Positions 60,801 to 64,000 of a stretch of 64,000 nt of DNA are shown here, piece after piece. The stretch is taken from contig CAVUSO010000001.1 of the NCBI GenBank assembly GCA_963744145.1, positions 3,360,001 through 3,424,000 on the forward strand, read 5' to 3'. The notes beneath the pieces were generated by a model that was not told the origin of the DNA, searched no databases, and saw nothing but the letters and a program-made list of their open reading frames with translations. The position numbers and the translations under genes were made by a program. Origin of the DNA: an uncultured cyanobacterium. GTDB lineage: Bacteria; Cyanobacteriota; Cyanobacteriia; Cyanobacteriales; CAWUOF01. The stretch's first letter is position 1. The number at the start of each line of letters is the position of its first letter.

Positions 60801-63286
60801 TCTCGATCTAGTAAAATGTTACCTCGGCGGTTAATATCTAAAAGTACAGTAATCCCGTTGACTAAATCTTGGGCAGGTATTCCGGTTAAGTTTGACCATT
60901 TATTGATAAATGGTAAGTCTAGGGAAAGTCCAGCATATTGAATTTGGATTCTTCCCCAAGGTTCTAATCCAATACGTTGTTTTACTCCGGTAGTAATTTC
61001 TCTGAGTACCTGAATTCTTAAAAAACGTTTGCGTTCTTCGTTGTGTTTGACCCCTTCTGCTTCTTTACGGTGAACTTGCCAAACTTCAGAAATTAAACTA
61101 CGGCTTAGTTCGTCGTCTTGATTTAATAAATTATCTAAATAAGCTGTTAAATCACCAATGGAAATAGCACCATCTTTAATGCGATCGCACATCAAACTTC
61201 TGAGTCGATAACGTCTAGCGTGATCTTGCATCCAACCAGCTTGAAATGCTGCATCTTGACGGTTATCAGCAAATACTAATAGACGACGACGTTTAGCATG
61301 ATGAATCATATTTTGTGCCAAAACATGAACATCAGAAACTGTTACAGCCCGAACATCACGAGTCGGTTCTCTAAATCCACCTACACCTAAACGACCAAGT
61401 GCTTGACAAGTGACACAAGATGTAAGTTTACCAGGAGTTTTACTTTTTTGACGAACAACTAAAAGAGTAACAAAATCACCTTTTCGACCGCAACCATCAC
61501 AATTATGACTTGAAATTGAATGCAGAGTCCCACAATATCTACAAAAATAAATTTGGCTAGTAGAATGAGGATAATCTTCATCATTAGTAATTAATCGATC
61601 AAGCAGGATCACTCGATTTCCTCCTCTTTCTGTACTTAATGGTGGCCAAATTACCCGATTTTTAACTAATTGACCACCTGTGGGGAGTTGATCTTTTTCA
61701 AAAAACTTGAAATCAGCAACTTCATGGGTAAAATAATGTTGTCCACAGGTAGTACAGGTAATGATAGGTAATCGGAATAAGTCGCTACTTTTTGGATCAT
61801 TAGTTGCATCTTCCGCAGATAACCAAAGTTGAGGATTATTGGATTCTTGCTCAGTCGGAAAAGTTACTACTGCACCCCCAACACCACGAATAAAACCATG
61901 AATTACAGGACGTAATAAAGGGCGTTGTTCTTGACGAGAAGCTGCGCCCAATGCTAACCATAATAATACTTCTGCTTCGGAAACAGGTCGATTAATTCTT
62001 CTGGCTAAATCTGCTAGTAACTCTGTTAATAAACGAGGTATTTTTAATGCTTCACTGAGTTGATAAACCAATTCGTTTGCTGCTAGATGTTGATAAAGAC
62101 TTTCTTGCCAATTTTTAGAAGCGATCGCTTGTCCTGTCATCCCTTGAAAAACTGCTCTAATTATATCTCCTGCTTGTTCTGCTGTTTCTAATGCTTCTAA
62201 AACATTCTTTAAATGTACGTTAGGATTTCCTGCTAAGGTCGGAGGTACGGTTTTAGAAGTTACCCAGCGATCGGGTTCATATTCTTCTGTAACTAACACG
62301 ACTTGCTCCTTTTCCACAGCAAAAAATCGAGATGCAAAATCTCGTCCTGCATCTTTTTCTTGACGGGGATCAGCAATAGTAGCAGAAGTAGCAATACAGG
62401 TAACTTCGGTACTATTTTTACCACAAAAAGCCCGCAGACGACGAATTAAACAGGCAGTTTCTGCACCTGCTGCACCTGTAAAAGTATGTGCTTCGTCAAA
62501 CACTAAAAATTCCAATAGTCCTTGGTTAAATAGTTCTACATCTCGTTGACGAGTAAGGAGTAATTCTAATTGTTTGACATTAGTTAAGAGAATCCGAGGA
62601 GGTTCTTTCCGCATCTCTTCTCGTGATGCTCGTTCTTCAGGAGGATAAATATTGTAAGTTTCTTGATTTTTAGCAACTTTTTCAATCGCTTTTTGATAAT
62701 CTAACTTAGAAGAACCTGATTTAAGATGTTTTCCCGTTACTTCTTCTGCTTTTTCAGGAGTTTTACCAACATACATTCCAAAAGTAATCCCACTACCCGC
62801 TAGTAATTCTCGTAAACGTCCCAATTGGTCTTCTGCTAAAGCATTCATGGGATAGACAATCACCGCGACAATACCTGGGGATATTGCTTGATCGCGTAAT
62901 TGCAAACAACGACTAATAATCGGATAGAGAAAACATTCAGTTTTACCTGATCCGGTTCCGGTAGAAATAATTGTAGTTTTGCCATTAACAATTTCTCTAA
63001 TTGCTGTTTCTTGGTGTCCGTAAACATAAGGATAAGTAGCAATTTGAGTGAAATGAGGATGAAGAATATGTTGAGAAATTAGATCCGTAATACTTGCACC
63101 TTGGCGAAAACTACGACTTAAACTAATATATGGTCCTTTAAATAAAGGAGTACGTCGAGTTTCCTCTAAATTGAGAAGTTGACGCATTTGATCATAAAGA
63201 TTTTTATCAGCGAAGGGATAGGCTGTGACTTGATATTTGAGAAAGTCACTGACAATTTTTTCAGTATAGATGATCGGATTAAGCAT
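57884..63286 (-). CDS. Large SF2 DEAD/DEAH helicase with DUF1998 and a C-terminal nuclease-like domain
   Basis: TGTGSGKT, YPMNALA, DEAH, SAT, TPTLEMGINIG, QRAGRAGR, YDPMPGGSG with Cys cluster, PDFFY...IYLDG. Confidence 0.9.
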   Translation of the reverse strand: MLNPIIYTEKIVSDFLKYQVTAYPFADKNLYDQMRQLLNLEETRRTPLFKGPYISLSRSFRQGASITDLISQHILHPHFTQIATYPYVYGHQETAIREIVNGKTTIISTGTGSGKTECFLYPIISRCLQLRDQAISPGIVAVIVYPMNALAEDQLGRLRELLAGSGITFGMYVGKTPEKAEEVTGKHLKSGSSKLDYQKAIEKVAKNQETYNIYPPEERASREEMRKEPPRILLTNVKQLELLLTRQRDVELFNQGLLEFLVFDEAHTFTGAAGAETACLIRRLRAFCGKNSTEVTCIATSATIADPRQEKDAGRDFASRFFAVEKEQVVLVTEEYEPDRWVTSKTVPPTLAGNPNVHLKNVLEALETAEQAGDIIRAVFQGMTGQAIASKNWQESLYQHLAANELVYQLSEALKIPRLLTELLADLARRINRPVSEAEVLLWLALGAASRQEQRPLLRPVIHGFIRGVGGAVVTFPTEQESNNPQLWLSAEDATNDPKSSDLFRLPIITCTTCGQHYFTHEVADFKFFEKDQLPTGGQLVKNRVIWPPLSTERGGNRVILLDRLITNDEDYPHSTSQIYFCRYCGTLHSISSHNCDGCGRKGDFVTLLVVRQKSKTPGKLTSCVTCQALGRLGVGGFREPTRDVRAVTVSDVHVLAQNMIHHAKRRRLLVFADNRQDAAFQAGWMQDHARRYRLRSLMCDRIKDGAISIGDLTAYLDNLLNQDDELSRSLISEVWQVHRKEAEGVKHNEERKRFLRIQVLREITTGVKQRIGLEPWGRIQIQYAGLSLDLPFINKWSNLTGIPAQDLVNGITVLLDINRRGNILLDREGHIFSKYWQEGDFEIQRGYLPLLPGIPKALKLQRTGSDDENRVQQWLSNKGDTLARQAASRWGISKEIIPEFYDELWQLLNEDLKLLVPVTLTGWRNRAIPKCTDVRQIDADKLRIAPHQGVYRCQICRRPYTHATPKMVCMTWRCHGNLQFQIENPDDYNLMVLDQQFAMIRPREHSAQVPAKDREFLENIFKGNNELINTLVCTPTLEMGINIGSLDAILMRNVPPLPANYWQRAGRAGRQHQMAVNLTYCRQASHDRAYFNDPLKLLQGVILPPRFNLRNSLMVRKHVHAAILTILHQLSRVGSNLNEIERQEIKQILDDCFPHQVKKYFFDEQNHLRSLPLSVDHLNTLITKHETAIFNHVYTCFSPGWPSEFKNIISNSILHEYIQNISAQLTDIIKRIWRRLQWALEQMERLENVRKKKGTLDPDEEALRSRCNRLVKKLKGIQTRSKLEAAGYDDSNTYSVLGTEGFLPGYGLEVGSVLGAAQVPRHLVDISDFELPRVAAMALREYVPGNFIYANGNRFIPRFFHLEPQQQITQFQIDLANQAITEIGVNVNETRLGLGTTTLCAVPICDVDLPHQSHITDEENYRFQLPVSVIGYEQNRHSGGKAYHWQNRTIQLRQGVHLRLVNMGAASLVNSGNLGYPVCLVCGQSRSPLAAQADREQFAKDHQERCSKPVESVGFFADVIADALSIQDCENREEAYSIAEAIRFGAAQVLDMEMEDLQLLAIAYPGQQKVDVLLYDPMPGGSGLLEQIIERWIDVTSAALAVVVRCPSACHTACIDCLFTYRNSYYHHYLNRHRAREKINEWGHELSFSHDIPPQLPNPEVSSAAQPVNNQETILRDMLIRAGFPTPICQKTIDLGKPLGITTPDFFYEDPNERSEGICIYLDGMSKHLHGDPDRQQRDRVMREELENKGFEVMEISVGKLSDRPAMTTYFFRLGRILLGKQQATAIRDDPDWFESPVQ

Positions 63287-63400
63287 AGGTTAAAAATAAA
63301 ATCTGATATCTATTATAATTGCTCAATCCCCCAAAACGGATAAGCGTGCTGTCTAAATTTAGTTGTGGGGTTAATCATTGCATCCAAAAGCTTAACTGGA

Positions 63401-64000
63401 ATGACTGTATTTCGTTATGACCAATTTGCCAAAGACTACCTGAAGGAGCTATTATTGCCCTTGGGAGAGGTAGAAACCAGCCGTAATATTGCTGGTGAAG
63501 TACGGGAAATCGATGTTTGGTTTGTCCCAACCTTACCAGCTACCGATACAACTGGATTGGGATTATTAGGACGTTTGGCAGCTAGGTCGGCAATCTTTGA
63601 ACCATTTCACAATGGTGTAAGTATTAGGGAAGTACGAAGGTGCATGGGTAAGCTGTTTGATGTTTTTGCTTTTTTAGAACGTCAAGGAAAACGAAATAAG
63701 ACCCAGGGGGAGGAGACAGATTTACCTCATCTATGGATTATCTCGTCCACAGCATCGGTAGCCCTATTAACAGGTTTTGGTGCTAGGATTGATGAACATC
63801 AATGGGGTGGGGGAGTTTATGTGTTGCCTGGACATTTGAAAACGGGAATTGTGGTGATTCATCAGTTACCAGCAATTCCAGAAACTTTGTGGTTAAGACT
63901 TTTAGGAAAGGGAAAAGTTCAGCAACGGGCAATTGATGAATTGACCATACTTCCAGAAAATGACCCTTACCGGGGTGTGGTGTTGGGGCTGTTAAGTAAC
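63401..64000 (+). CDS. Conserved cyanobacterial multicopy hypothetical protein (partial)
   Basis: Manual translation MTVFRYDQFAKDYLKELL...EVREIDVWF...IFEPF...PETLWLRLLGKGKVQQRAI, open to the window end. Confidence 0.75.
   Translation, partial: MTVFRYDQFAKDYLKELLLPLGEVETSRNIAGEVREIDVWFVPTLPATDTTGLGLLGRLAARSAIFEPFHNGVSIREVRRCMGKLFDVFAFLERQGKRNKTQGEETDLPHLWIISSTASVALLTGFGARIDEHQWGGGVYVLPGHLKTGIVVIHQLPAIPETLWLRLLGKGKVQQRAIDELTILPENDPYRGVVLGLLSN

Overview
AT-rich cyanobacterial chromosome segment, judged from the dense HIP1 octamer GCGATCGC, chlM and an NtcA box. Core genes are comB, devT-like, ClC, clpP, RNase R, ubiX, chlM, nagA, purE, amt, cobW, an RND pump, purL, purF and birA, plus tRNA-Ser(UGA) and tRNA-Gly(CCC). 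Four accessory zones stand out. (1) A tnpA-less IS200/IS605 element (10441-12062) whose tnpB carries five frame-preserving copies of one REP-like palindrome. (2) A 770-nt ORF-less group II intron (28811-29580, minus) nested in a REP hairpin inside a MITE, with EBS1/EBS2 matching its flank. (3) A defence hotspot (about 37.1-50.4 kb) with a pglZ remnant, an AAA ATPase next to a STAND-WD40 NLR-like protein with 14 near-identical repeats varying at few codons, DarTG, and an m6A + m5C MTase / Bpu10I-family RM set bracketed by a duplicated purL leader. (4) A stand-alone 1800-aa DEAD/DUF1998 helicase. All calls come from reading motifs by eye; no searches were run.
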